Notes: generated from the letters alone by a model not told the origin. 25,085 bases of DNA from Gemmatimonadota bacterium (GCA_039586795.1 JBDHJS010000071.1:1-25085), one strand, 5' to 3'. Positions 7,830 through 17,385 are shown, counted from the first letter of the stretch. A program made the numbers and translations.

Positions 7830-9166
7830 ATGTCAGACAACACCCCGCTCATCCTCGACATCGACGGCACACTCCTCAAGTCCGATCTCCTCTGGGAGAG
7901 CATCGCGGCGCTGGCGGCTCGGCATCCGTTCAGGGCGCTTCTCATCCCGCTCTACGTGCTGCGGGGTCGGCCGGCGCTGAAGCACTTCCTGGCGCGGGAG
8001 AGCGGGCTGGACGTCAACGAGGTTCCACTCAGTCCGACGGCCATGGGTCTGATCGGGGAGGCGGAGACGGAGGGTCGGACGGTGATCCTCGCCTCGGGCT
8101 CGCCGCAGAGCATGGTCGATCAGATGGCGGAGCGGGTTGGGGCGAACGAGGGGTGGGGCACGGATCGGCTACGCAACCTGACGGGGTCGAGCAAGCTAAC
8201 GAAGATCCTGGAGGAGCACGACAGCTTCGACTACGTCGGTAACAGCTGGGTCGACATCCCGATGTGGAAGGCGTCGCGGAAGGCGATCGCGATTAACCCG
8301 AAGCGGCTGGCGGTCTGGCTGGGCAGGCGGGCTCGACCGGATCTGGAGATCATGAGAGACAAGCGGCCGGCGTGGCGTTCGTGGTTGCGGGCGCTTCGGA
8401 TGCACCACTGGGCGAAGAACACGCTGATCTTCCTGCCGGCGCTGGCGGCGCACCTGGCGCCGAGCGCGGATCTGGCGACGCAGTTGCTGGCGGGCTTCGC
8501 GGCGTTTTGCGCCGGCCGCTGGCGGCGGGCGAGATTTCGATCTCGCACTCGCTGGTTGTCGCTGGTGTGCTGGCGATCGGCGCGGCGGCGTTGGCGTGGT
8601 ACCTGTCGACACGCTTCGCGGCGGTGCTCGGGTCGTACCTGGTCATCACGACCGTCTACTCGGTGGCGCTGAAGCGCAAGTTGATGATCGACGTGATAGT
8701 TCTGGCTACGCTTTACACGCTGCGGGTCATAGCCGGCGCGGCGTTGGTCGATGTTCCGCTGTCTCGTTGGTTCCTGGCGTTTACGGTGTTCCTCTTCCTG
8801 TCGCTGGCCCTGGTGAAGCGGGTTGCGGAACTTCACGAGCTGAGGGAGAGAGAGGGCGAGAAAGCGGCGGGGCGCAGGTACACTGTCGATGACCTGAATG
8901 TGCTGATCGGTTTGGGTACGGCGGCAGCCGCGGCCAGCGCGTTGGTCTATTGTCTGTACATAACGAGCGATGATGTGTTGAGGCTGTATGCGCGCCCAGA
9001 CGCGCTCTGGATCGGCCTGCCGCTCTTCCTCTACTGGATTGCCAGGTTGTGGGCGCTGGCCGGTCGCGGGTTGGTACGCGAAGACCCGGTCGCGTTCACG
9101 CTGCGCGACCGCGGTACCTATGCGGTCGCCATCGGGTTCATCGTGACCCTCTGGTTGGCGACATGA
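7830..9166 (+). pseudogene. HAD + UbiA-family polyprenyl-phosphate phosphoribosyltransferase (DPPR synthase/NoeC-like), disrupted by an internal frameshifting deletion at about 8510-8513
   Basis: ATG at 7830, PLILDIDGTLLKSD (HAD motif I), LRMHHWAKN. The first frame runs to AAFCA; homology resumes in another frame at RRPLAAGEIS, then YSVALKRKLMIDVIVLATLYTLRVIAG, LALVKR, EDPVAF. The usual YxxNDxxDxxxDRxHPxK segment is missing. Confidence 0.8.
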
Positions 9167-10518
9167 GCGAGGTGCTGGGCAAGCTTGAAGCGCAAGAGAT
9201 CAGCGGTTGGGGTCGCCACCCCGTTGGCACGACCGACCTGGTGCGGCCGGAACGCCTGCGTGAGTTGCCCGAGTTGATGGCGAGCGGGAGCTGCGTCGCT
9301 CGCGGGCTCGGTCGAAGCTACGGCGACGCGTCGTTCAACAGCGGGGGCGCGACCATCCTCATGGAGCGCATCGATCGCTTCATCGCCTTCGACGAGTCGA
9401 GCGGCGTCTTGGAGTGCGAGAGCGGCGTAACGATCGATGAGCTCATCCGGTTCTTCGTACCGCGGGGCTACATGCCTCCGGTCATCCCCGGAACAAAACA
9501 CGTCACGCTGGGTGGTGCGCTGGCCAGCGACATTCATGGCAAGAACCATCACAAGGATGGCTCGTTCAGCCGTCACGTGGTCGATTTCAAGCTCCTGACG
9601 GCGTCGGGCGACGTGTTGACCTGCAGTCGCGAAGAGAACGCCGATCTGTTCTGGGCGACCACCGGTGGCATGGGTTTGACCGGCATCATCATGTCGATGC
9701 GTTTCACGCTGATGCCAGTGGAGAGCGCCTATGTGAGCGTCGACATCGATCGCACCGCCGATCTGGACCAGACGCTAGAGTTGTTTCACAAGTCGGACGA
9801 CCGATACAAGTACTCGGTAGCGTGGGTGGATGGGCTGGCCAGCGGCGCCTCGCTGGGACGTTCGGTCTTGATGCGCGGGAATCCCGCTCCAGCTGACGAT
9901 CGTCACGGACTCGACATCAAGAAGAGGTTTACGCTCTCTGTCCCTGGCGTGTTTCCAGGGCTCCTCCTGAATCGGGCATCGGCGAAGACGTTCAACGCGC
10001 TCTACTACGCTAAGCAACCGAAGCAGTCGCGGGACCGGATCCAACATTACGAGCCATTCTTCTTTCCTCTCGATGCGGCTCACAACTGGAATCGATTGTA
10101 TGGTCGGCGAGGTTTCATCCAGTACCAGTGCGTGATTCCGTACGAGGGTGGCCGGGATGGCCTGGTAGAGATACTGGAACTGGTGAGAACGGAGACGGCG
10201 GGTTCGTTCCTGACGGTGCTCAAGCGCTTCGGTGATGTGGAAGAAGAACAACAGCTCTCGTTCCCGATCCCGGGCTACACGCTGGCCATGGACATCCCGT
10301 GGCGAGGGAAGAAGATCGCGTCGGTGCTCGACGAACTCGACGATGTGGTGGCGAAACGCGGAGGCCGGGTTTACCTGACGAAGGACGCGCGGATGCAAGG
10401 CCGGACGCTGCGTCGTATGTACCCGCGGTTGAGCGAGTGGCGCGAGATCAAGATGCGCGTGGATCCCACCGACCGCTTCGCTTCCGATCTGGCCCACAGA
10501 CTGGAGCTGCTGCGGTGA
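9163..10518 (+). CDS. dprE1: FAD-linked decaprenylphosphoryl-beta-D-ribose oxidase-like protein (DprE1 family)
   Basis: ARGLGRSYGD, PGTKHVTLGGALASDIHGKNHH, GGMGLTG, YSVAWVD, FFPLD, FIQYQ, SFLTVLKRFG, GGRVYLTKD; ATGA overlap with the upstream stop. Confidence 0.88.
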   Translation: MSEVLGKLEAQEISGWGRHPVGTTDLVRPERLRELPELMASGSCVARGLGRSYGDASFNSGGATILMERIDRFIAFDESSGVLECESGVTIDELIRFFVPRGYMPPVIPGTKHVTLGGALASDIHGKNHHKDGSFSRHVVDFKLLTASGDVLTCSREENADLFWATTGGMGLTGIIMSMRFTLMPVESAYVSVDIDRTADLDQTLELFHKSDDRYKYSVAWVDGLASGASLGRSVLMRGNPAPADDRHGLDIKKRFTLSVPGVFPGLLLNRASAKTFNALYYAKQPKQSRDRIQHYEPFFFPLDAAHNWNRLYGRRGFIQYQCVIPYEGGRDGLVEILELVRTETAGSFLTVLKRFGDVEEEQQLSFPIPGYTLAMDIPWRGKKIASVLDELDDVVAKRGGRVYLTKDARMQGRTLRRMYPRLSEWREIKMRVDPTDRFASDLAHRLELLR

Positions 10519-11279
10519 GCGCCAGCGGGTCGGAGGGGCGCGGTACCGTCCTGATCATCGGCGCGAGCTCGGTGATCGCCCGGTCGACGGCGCTGGCCTT
10601 CGCCAAGGAAGGGTATGATCTGATCCTCGCCGGCACGCCGGGTGAGGAGCTGGATCGCGTAGCGTTCGACACCCGTGTGAGGAGCGGAACGGGCGTTGAG
10701 TCGCTTCCGTTTGACGCGCTGGACCCTGACGGACATGAGGCGTTCGTGGCGCGTGCCATCGAGATCTCGGGTGATCAACTGATCGGAGCCGTTGTGAACT
10801 TCGGACTGACGGGCGATCCCGAGAGCTGGCGATACGATGTCGCCCACGCCGACGAGATCATTCAGGTGAACTACGCTGGCGCCGCGCACGTGCTGGGTTA
10901 TCTGGCGAACTACTTCGAGGAAAAGAAGCGTGGCTTCATCGTCGGCGTCTCGTCTGTGGCGGGGGACCGCGGGCGGCAGAGCAATTACGTCTACGGTTCG
11001 GCCAAGGCGGGCTTGTCGGCGTACTTGCAGGGCCTGCGCAACCGGCTACACCGGTCGGGCGTTACGGTGGTGACGGTCAAGCCAGGCTTCATCGACACGC
11101 GCATGACGTTCGGAAAGGTCCCGAAACCCATGGCAGCGGCTCCGGACGTCGTGGGCCGGGCTATTCTGAGAGGGGTGAAGCGAAAGCGGTCGGTAATATA
11201 TGTCCCGCGTTACTGGAGGATGATCATGACCATCGTGCGGCTGATCCCCGAGCCGATCTTCAAGCGCCTGCAACTGTAA
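10515..11279 (+). CDS. dprE2: short-chain dehydrogenase, DprE2-like (2-keto-pentose reductase)
   Basis: IIGASSVIA, SSVAGDRGRQSNYVYGSAKAG, VKPGFIDTRMT; GTG at 10515 overlaps the dprE1 TGA. Confidence 0.85.
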   Translation: MSASGSEGRGTVLIIGASSVIARSTALAFAKEGYDLILAGTPGEELDRVAFDTRVRSGTGVESLPFDALDPDGHEAFVARAIEISGDQLIGAVVNFGLTGDPESWRYDVAHADEIIQVNYAGAAHVLGYLANYFEEKKRGFIVGVSSVAGDRGRQSNYVYGSAKAGLSAYLQGLRNRLHRSGVTVVTVKPGFIDTRMTFGKVPKPMAAAPDVVGRAILRGVKRKRSVIYVPRYWRMIMTIVRLIPEPIFKRLQL

Positions 11280-11281
11280 CG

Positions 11282-12819
11282 TCAATCGCGCTCCCGTACA
11301 GAGAATAGGATGCCCACCGCCTCTTGATCGCGGCGGACGTGCTCTGCCTCATAACCTGCCTCGCGGATCAAACCGAGTATGCGGCCCATCTTCTCCCCGG
11401 TGTTACCGTACGAGTTGTGGGAGATGTAAAGACCGCCGTCTCTCAGATGTTCGAGCCAGCTGTCGGGACGTTCGAGCAACTGATCCTGCCAGGCGACGAT
11501 CACCGGCGTGTCGTCGGAAAGATCCTGAACGATGCGCGGGAGAACACCGCTTCCTCGGGTGTCGATGAGGACGAGCTGCGCATCCGTTGCGGCGTGCGAG
11601 GTCCCGCGCTCGGCATGACCAGGCCGAAGAGGACGGGAACCGCCAGCAGGTAGAACAGCGTCGGCTCGTTCAACGGCATCATTCGGTAGAGTAGGACGGC
11701 CAGAAACGCGAGGAACGGCCATGCCGTCACCAGGTATTTCGGCGACATGGCGTGCGACGGGCTGAGGAACGAGAGGAACAACGTGACCGTCACAGCGCAG
11801 ATCCATAATGCGACGAGCAGGACCCAGAGGCCACGCAGGTCTATCCGGAATCGCTGGTGCGGCTCGTTTCTCCGACGCGCCATACTGTACGCGGTCAGCG
11901 CGGCGGCGATGACGACACATGGGACGAGCAAGTAGGCGAACGCCTCGAAGCTGACAGCCACCTTCGCCCAACGGCCTGCCAGTCCGCCGACGTCGAACGG
12001 TTCGTTGTGTAGCGAGGCACGGCCGAAGAGACCGAGGGGAGGGTGGATCAGGAAACCGATCAAGTATCCAAAAAGGATGGCGGCAGAGGTTTTGACCCAC
12101 CGCTTACGATCGCGGCCGACCAGCCTGACGGCCACCACGGCCAGGCAGGCGGCGACGATGAAGAGGAAGTGGTAGTGGGTCAGCGAACCGGCGGCCATGG
12201 CTATCGCGAGCAAGACCAGCTGGTGTCGCCGGGGCGCCCCGTGTGGATCGGTCGCGCGAGTCGTCGCCCACACGGCCAGCACGGCCAACAGGCCGAGAAG
12301 GTCGTAAGGGCGCGCCTCGACCGAGATGCTCACCACGGCTGAACTCAAGGCGAAAGTCGTGACGACGAGAGCGGCCTCCAGGTCGTCCTTCAACAGGTAG
12401 CGTGACAGCCCGAACAGCGAAACGACGGTGATGGCTGAGACGAGCAAGTTTAACGTGGCTCCCGACCACACGGTTACGCCAAAGATCAGGAACCAGATGT
12501 GCAGCAGCCAAAAATAGAGCGGTGGGTGGATGTCGTAGTCGCGTAAGCCGGAGGCGATGGCGCCGAAACAGAAACGCCGGTCGAGTTTGGTGAACTTCTT
12601 CCAGCTCGCCGCCGGGACCGGGTCAGGGCCGTAGTCGGCACGGTGGAACTCACCCTGATGACAGGTGGCCGAGATGTAGGCGATGGTGTCGTCGTGGGTG
12701 ATCGAGCTCTTGCCGGCGATCAACTGGGCTCGCAAGAGAACGGTGGCGGCAACCGCGGTCGCCAGGAAGGCGATCACGGCGTATCGCGACCATCGTCTCT
12801 CTGCCGAGCTTGGATTCAT
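11282..12819 (-). pseudogene. GT-C fold membrane glycosyltransferase (GT39/PMT_2/ArnT-like) with an apparent frameshift at about 11580-11620
   Basis: SITHDD after TM1, DIHPPLYFWLLH, EARPYDL, LTHYHF, many TM segments. The first frame becomes Ser-rich and unprotein-like after LVMP, while the 11282 frame continues LVLIDTRGSGVLPRIV...GGLYIS as a plausible soluble domain. Confidence 0.65.
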
Positions 12820-15008
12820 TCTCCCCTGATGACGCGGAACATACGTTGGCGAGTTGCCAGCTGCTGGGCCAGCTGGTCCCAGATCTGGACCGTGATCTCG
12901 TAGTCGCCGGGGGGCGCCTTCTGCAGATCGAGAGAGAGATACTCCGTCACTCGATCCAGCTGGCTGAGGTCGACTTGTCGAGCGAAGCGAAGTTCGACCC
13001 GGTCATCTCCGGCGATGCTGAAGCCCCAGGCGTCGGCGATGTCGCCGAGAATCTGGGCGAATCCGCCGCCGCGATCCAGCCTGGCGACCCGCACGGTCAG
13101 CCGGACCTCGAAAGCGGCGATCGCTTCCCGATCTTGCTCCAGTCCGTAGACCTCGTAGTAGAGATGAACGGGCTGGAGGGGCACATAGGTGAGCGAAGGA
13201 TTCGGCGTGATCTCGAAGTCGGCACGGCTTTCCGGTTCCTCCGCCAGGGGGCGCACGTTGTCCGCCAGTAGGAGGTCGCTAATGGCCAGCTGGTCGTCGG
13301 GAAACAGTTCGACGGTGAACGTGTCGCGGGAGGCAGCGGCGTACCATGAGAGAGCGTCGCGCGCTTCCACTCCGGCGACCAGCTTGCCAGCGGGCGGCAT
13401 CATCAGTCGCCAGCTGCGGATCGGATTGGTGGCGACCGCATCGCCGAATTCAATCACTTGCGAGCGCGACTGGCGAACGATCTTGTCGCCTCGCGTATTG
13501 AACAGAAAGAGGCCAGTCTCGATTTCGCTGCTTTGCATGTCCTGCTCGAGCAGCAGCGCCTCGAAGGGGAACTCGGCGTGGATCTCAACCGCGACCCACT
13601 CGGGTGATTCGCCGCGGAAGCGGGCGATCTGTACTTCGACGGGGAAGAGGGCTGGCACAGACGGGATGTTGTCGTACTTGGCCGGTTGCGCTTCGCGGAT
13701 ATCGTTGGCGATGAACTCGTAGTTGCCCGAGAACCGGCTGTGGAAGTAGCCCGCCTGCTGGGTGAACATGAAGACGACGCCGCCACCGTAGTACCAGACT
13801 CGCGTTACGGTATGTCGAGCCCTGAACGTGGACAGGAGGTCGGGCTTTCCGTAGCGGATGTAGATCAAGCCCCTGTCGGTTGCCCAGCCGGGATGCCCGG
13901 TGGAGGGCTCTGAGAAGCGCAGGTCCGCATAGGCGACGCGGGAAAAGTGCTCAAGGCGCCGCTCGTTAGCCTCGGTTAGGAACAGAGGGTCAGAAAAGGT
14001 CCAGTAGTTCTGTTCGAACGCCGCAAGCTCTTCGCCGCGAAGACTGAGGTAAGCCGATGCCATGTCGCTGCGCATGATCGATTCGATGTTCAGGAATGGC
14101 TCGCGCTCCCATTCCGACATCATGGAAAGTGCTCTATCGAACGCGGCGCCGGCCTCGTCCTCGCGTCCCATGGCGTGGAGCCCCAGGCCCTCGTACAGGT
14201 GGCTTTCAGTTCGATCCGGATACGCCGCCTTGAGCCGTTTGGCGACGGCCAGGTACTCATCAAAGTCGCTGGCGTCAAAGGTGTGCAGGAGAACCCGGCG
14301 CAAAGTCTCCCAATGGTCTGGCTGAAACTCGAGAGCGGTGCGGTAGTACTCCATCATCCGCTCTCGCGTGCCAGAGCCGAACCCGACGATCTCGGGGTGC
14401 ATGTTCAGGTAGTTCTCGACGTAGCGAGACAGGCGCTGAGTTGCCGGCATGCGCCTCATGATGGAACCGCCGAGGACGCCGTTGAAGCGTCGGCTGCGCT
14501 GGTTCTCCCAACGGAACTCCTGGGCCCAGCCGAGGCTGAAGTACGTCTCGGCTAGCAACGCCGGGTCCTGGTCCCCTGGTTGCTGCGCCTTGTCGAGCGC
14601 CCGGCTCAGAACTCGCTCGCCATCGTTTCGCAGACCCTTTCTGATGAGGAGCATGCCAAGCTCTGTGAGATAGAGCGGGTTGTTGGGATCGCGTTCGATC
14701 GCTTCACGAATCGCCTTCTCCGCTCGCTGTCGCGTCGGGTAGTCACTTTCCAGGGCGCTGGCGATGCGGGCGAGAAAGCGGCCGTAGTAGAAGTGAGCGT
14801 CGGCGAGATCGGAATCAGCTTCGATGGCGTCGTAGAACTCGCGGAGCGCGGCGGCCGTATCCCCGCGAGCGGCGAGGTCGAGGCCGGTCTGGATGTGCTG
14901 GCGCGCCACGTCCTGCTGACCGAGGATGGGGCTGGTCAACAGCAGGCCGGCGAGGACCGCTGAGGCCAAGAGAGCCAAGTTGTACCGAGGCGGAAGGGAT
15001 ACGCTCAT
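12816..15008 (-). CDS. secreted TPR + GWxTD domain protein (paralog 2)
   Basis: signal peptide; TPR repeats; DPLFLTEANERRLEHFSRVAYADLRF...GWATDRGLIYIRYGKP; C-terminal PPGDYEITVQIWD beta domain. Confidence 0.9.
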   Translation of the reverse strand: MSVSLPPRYNLALLASAVLAGLLLTSPILGQQDVARQHIQTGLDLAARGDTAAALREFYDAIEADSDLADAHFYYGRFLARIASALESDYPTRQRAEKAIREAIERDPNNPLYLTELGMLLIRKGLRNDGERVLSRALDKAQQPGDQDPALLAETYFSLGWAQEFRWENQRSRRFNGVLGGSIMRRMPATQRLSRYVENYLNMHPEIVGFGSGTRERMMEYYRTALEFQPDHWETLRRVLLHTFDASDFDEYLAVAKRLKAAYPDRTESHLYEGLGLHAMGREDEAGAAFDRALSMMSEWEREPFLNIESIMRSDMASAYLSLRGEELAAFEQNYWTFSDPLFLTEANERRLEHFSRVAYADLRFSEPSTGHPGWATDRGLIYIRYGKPDLLSTFRARHTVTRVWYYGGGVVFMFTQQAGYFHSRFSGNYEFIANDIREAQPAKYDNIPSVPALFPVEVQIARFRGESPEWVAVEIHAEFPFEALLLEQDMQSSEIETGLFLFNTRGDKIVRQSRSQVIEFGDAVATNPIRSWRLMMPPAGKLVAGVEARDALSWYAAASRDTFTVELFPDDQLAISDLLLADNVRPLAEEPESRADFEITPNPSLTYVPLQPVHLYYEVYGLEQDREAIAAFEVRLTVRVARLDRGGGFAQILGDIADAWGFSIAGDDRVELRFARQVDLSQLDRVTEYLSLDLQKAPPGDYEITVQIWDQLAQQLATRQRMFRVIRGE

Positions 15009-15053
15009 ATACCGGCACTACTAAAGCTACGACAAGGATGTTCCCCCGAGCGC

Positions 15054-17309
15054 TCACTCATCAGCGACGACGTTGAATGAGCGTTGACGGCTCACGAGTT
15101 TCTGCGCCAGCCGGTCCCAGATCTTCACGGTGACCTCATAGGTTCCGGGTGGCGCTCGGTCCAGATCGAGGGAGAGATATTCGGCGACGCGATCGAGGTC
15201 GGTCATGTCGGCTTCGCGAGCGAACCTCAGTTCGACACGGTCGTCGCCGGCGATGGTGAAACCCCAGGCGTCGGCGATATCGCCGATGATGTTAGCGAGC
15301 ATGCCCTCCCGGTGAAGCTCGGCGACGCGCACGGTGAGTTGAACCTCGTAGGAGGCGAAATTTTGGCCGTCGACCTCAAGGTCGTAGATCTCGTAATAGA
15401 GATGAACGGGCTGGTCGGTAGCGTAAGACATCGACGGGTTGGGGATGATGTCGAGGTCCTCGCGCCGCCTCGGCGTCTCGGCCAGCGGTCGTAGGCGCTC
15501 GGCAAACAGGATGTCGCTCACGGCGAGGGAATCGGCGGGAAAGGTCTCCGCCGTGAACGTGTCGCGTACGGCGGCAGCCCACCAGGTGACTTCGTCCCGG
15601 GCCTCGACGGCGGCGACGAGCCTTCCGGTCGGCGGAAGCTGGAGGCTCCAGGTGCGGAACGGGTTCGTGCTGGCCGCGTCGCCGCGCTCGATAACCCGCG
15701 ACTCGGTTCTGCGCAGCACCTGCTCGCCTCGGCCGTCGACCAGGAAGAACCCGGTCTCGACCTCAGTTCGATTCATCTCCTGGTTCATGAGCAGGTTCTC
15801 GAACGGAATCTCGGCGTGGAACTCCACCCTGACGTTCTCCGGCACCACGCCGCGGAAGCGGGCGATCTGGAGAGTCGCCGGCAGCATCATCGGAAGCGAT
15901 GGGATATTGTCGTACTTTGCGGGCAGCTCGTGTCGGATCTCGTCGGAAACGAACTGGTATTCGCCGGCGTAGGTGGTGTGGTAGTAGTTCGCGTCCTTGT
16001 GGAACATCAGCGCGAAGCCACGCTCGTACACCCAAACAACGGTGTAACCCGTCGTTGTGCTGCGGCCGTCCTGAAGATCACCCGCCCTCGGGGCGCCTGT
16101 CATTGGATCTATGGCACCCGCCGACAACTGTTCTCTCCGCGAGGTGCCGAGCGGGAAGCTCGCGATCTTCTCCGGCGGCCCATAGCGGATGTAGGTGGTT
16201 CCGCGCTCGGTATCCCAGCCGCGAAGATCGACGGACGGCTCTGCGAAGCGGAGGTCGGCGTAGGCGACACGGGACATGTGCTCCAGGTGGCGTTCGTTGG
16301 CCACCGTCAGGTAGAGCGGATCACCCATACGCCAGTAGATCTCCTCGAATTCGGTTCGGGCCGAGTCGTCCAGACCGTAGTAGGCTTCGGCTCGTGGCCT
16401 TCGCATAACGGTGCCGACATCGAGGAAAGCGGCGATCTCCCTGTCCGGGAGAAGATCAAGTGCGCGATTGAAAGCTTCGGCAGCCTTGTCCTCCTGACCG
16501 ACGGCATGCAGGCCGAGTCCGAGATAGAGTTGCGGGTAGCCGCCATCGGGGTGGGCGCCAACGAGACGGTTCGCGACGACCAGGTACTCGGCGATCTCGT
16601 CCACGTCATACAGGTGCAACAAGATCATGCGTGAAGCCTGGAAGTGAGTAGGCTGGTACTCGAGCGCCCTTCTGTAGTAGCCAATCAGTCGTCGGCGCGT
16701 CCCATCGCCGAAACCGGGGATCGGGTGGGCGTCCTCCATGTAGTCCTGGACGTAACGGTAGATGCGTTGAGATGAGGGTATCGCGACCGAGATGGGCCCG
16801 CTGGAAAGCGGGATCATGTATCGATCGCGCTGGCGGTCGTACGTCAGCTCTACGGTGTAGGCCAGATGGGTGTAGGCGTCGGCGATGAGGGCGGAGTCCT
16901 GCGGCTCCTGCTTCTCCGCCATATTGACGGCACGTCCGAGGATCCGCTCGGCGTTGTCGCGCTGCTGTTGCTTGAGACGCAATAGACCCAGCTCGACGTA
17001 GATCTCCGGGTTGGCGGGATCCAGCCGGTTGGCCCGCTCCAGAGCCTTTTCGGCTTCGTCGTCGGCCTGGTCGGTCTCGTCGCCGCTGATGTAGCGGGTC
17101 AGGTGCTTCCCGAGCTGGAATTGGGCTTCCGCCAACCGGGGCGCGGCATCGACGGCAGCCCGGAACTCGTTGATGGCGGCGGCCGTGTCACCGGCAGCTG
17201 CCAGGGCCAGGCCTTCCTCGATGTATCGCCGCGCCGTATCGTCCTGAGCCCGGCATTGTGGCGGGGCTAGCAGGAACAGAGCGAGAACGGTGACGGCGAG
17301 ATGTCTCAT
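15054..17309 (-). CDS. secreted TPR + GWxTD domain protein (paralog 1)
   Basis: signal peptide; TPRs; DPLYLTVANERHLEHMSRVAYADLRF...GWDTERGTTYIRYGPP; PPGTYEVTVKIWD. Confidence 0.9.
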   Translation of the reverse strand: MRHLAVTVLALFLLAPPQCRAQDDTARRYIEEGLALAAAGDTAAAINEFRAAVDAAPRLAEAQFQLGKHLTRYISGDETDQADDEAEKALERANRLDPANPEIYVELGLLRLKQQQRDNAERILGRAVNMAEKQEPQDSALIADAYTHLAYTVELTYDRQRDRYMIPLSSGPISVAIPSSQRIYRYVQDYMEDAHPIPGFGDGTRRRLIGYYRRALEYQPTHFQASRMILLHLYDVDEIAEYLVVANRLVGAHPDGGYPQLYLGLGLHAVGQEDKAAEAFNRALDLLPDREIAAFLDVGTVMRRPRAEAYYGLDDSARTEFEEIYWRMGDPLYLTVANERHLEHMSRVAYADLRFAEPSVDLRGWDTERGTTYIRYGPPEKIASFPLGTSRREQLSAGAIDPMTGAPRAGDLQDGRSTTTGYTVVWVYERGFALMFHKDANYYHTTYAGEYQFVSDEIRHELPAKYDNIPSLPMMLPATLQIARFRGVVPENVRVEFHAEIPFENLLMNQEMNRTEVETGFFLVDGRGEQVLRRTESRVIERGDAASTNPFRTWSLQLPPTGRLVAAVEARDEVTWWAAAVRDTFTAETFPADSLAVSDILFAERLRPLAETPRRREDLDIIPNPSMSYATDQPVHLYYEIYDLEVDGQNFASYEVQLTVRVAELHREGMLANIIGDIADAWGFTIAGDDRVELRFAREADMTDLDRVAEYLSLDLDRAPPGTYEVTVKIWDRLAQKLVSRQRSFNVVADE

Positions 17310-17385
17310 GCGGGTTCTGGTATCGGCACAACCGGGTATCTAGCGGACTATCAATGCTCAGCCTTAAGATGAAGCCCAATTTGGA

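Noticed and set aside
8500..8520. Programmed frameshift in the UbiA-family gene
   Set aside because: No slippery site, and a conserved catalytic segment is missing, so recoding could not give a normal enzyme
9049..10514. Longer ORF-track starts for dprE1 (9049) and dprE2 (10299); likewise mscL 1102, ubiA 7710 and paaC 22331
   Set aside because: The extensions overlap upstream genes or repeats; stop/start overlaps, RBS positions and family N-termini support the later starts
12816..17309. Similar blocks in the GWxTD genes as a DGR template/variable repeat
   Set aside because: Both lie in full-length paralogous ORFs, and the differences are mostly synonymous rather than adenine-specific
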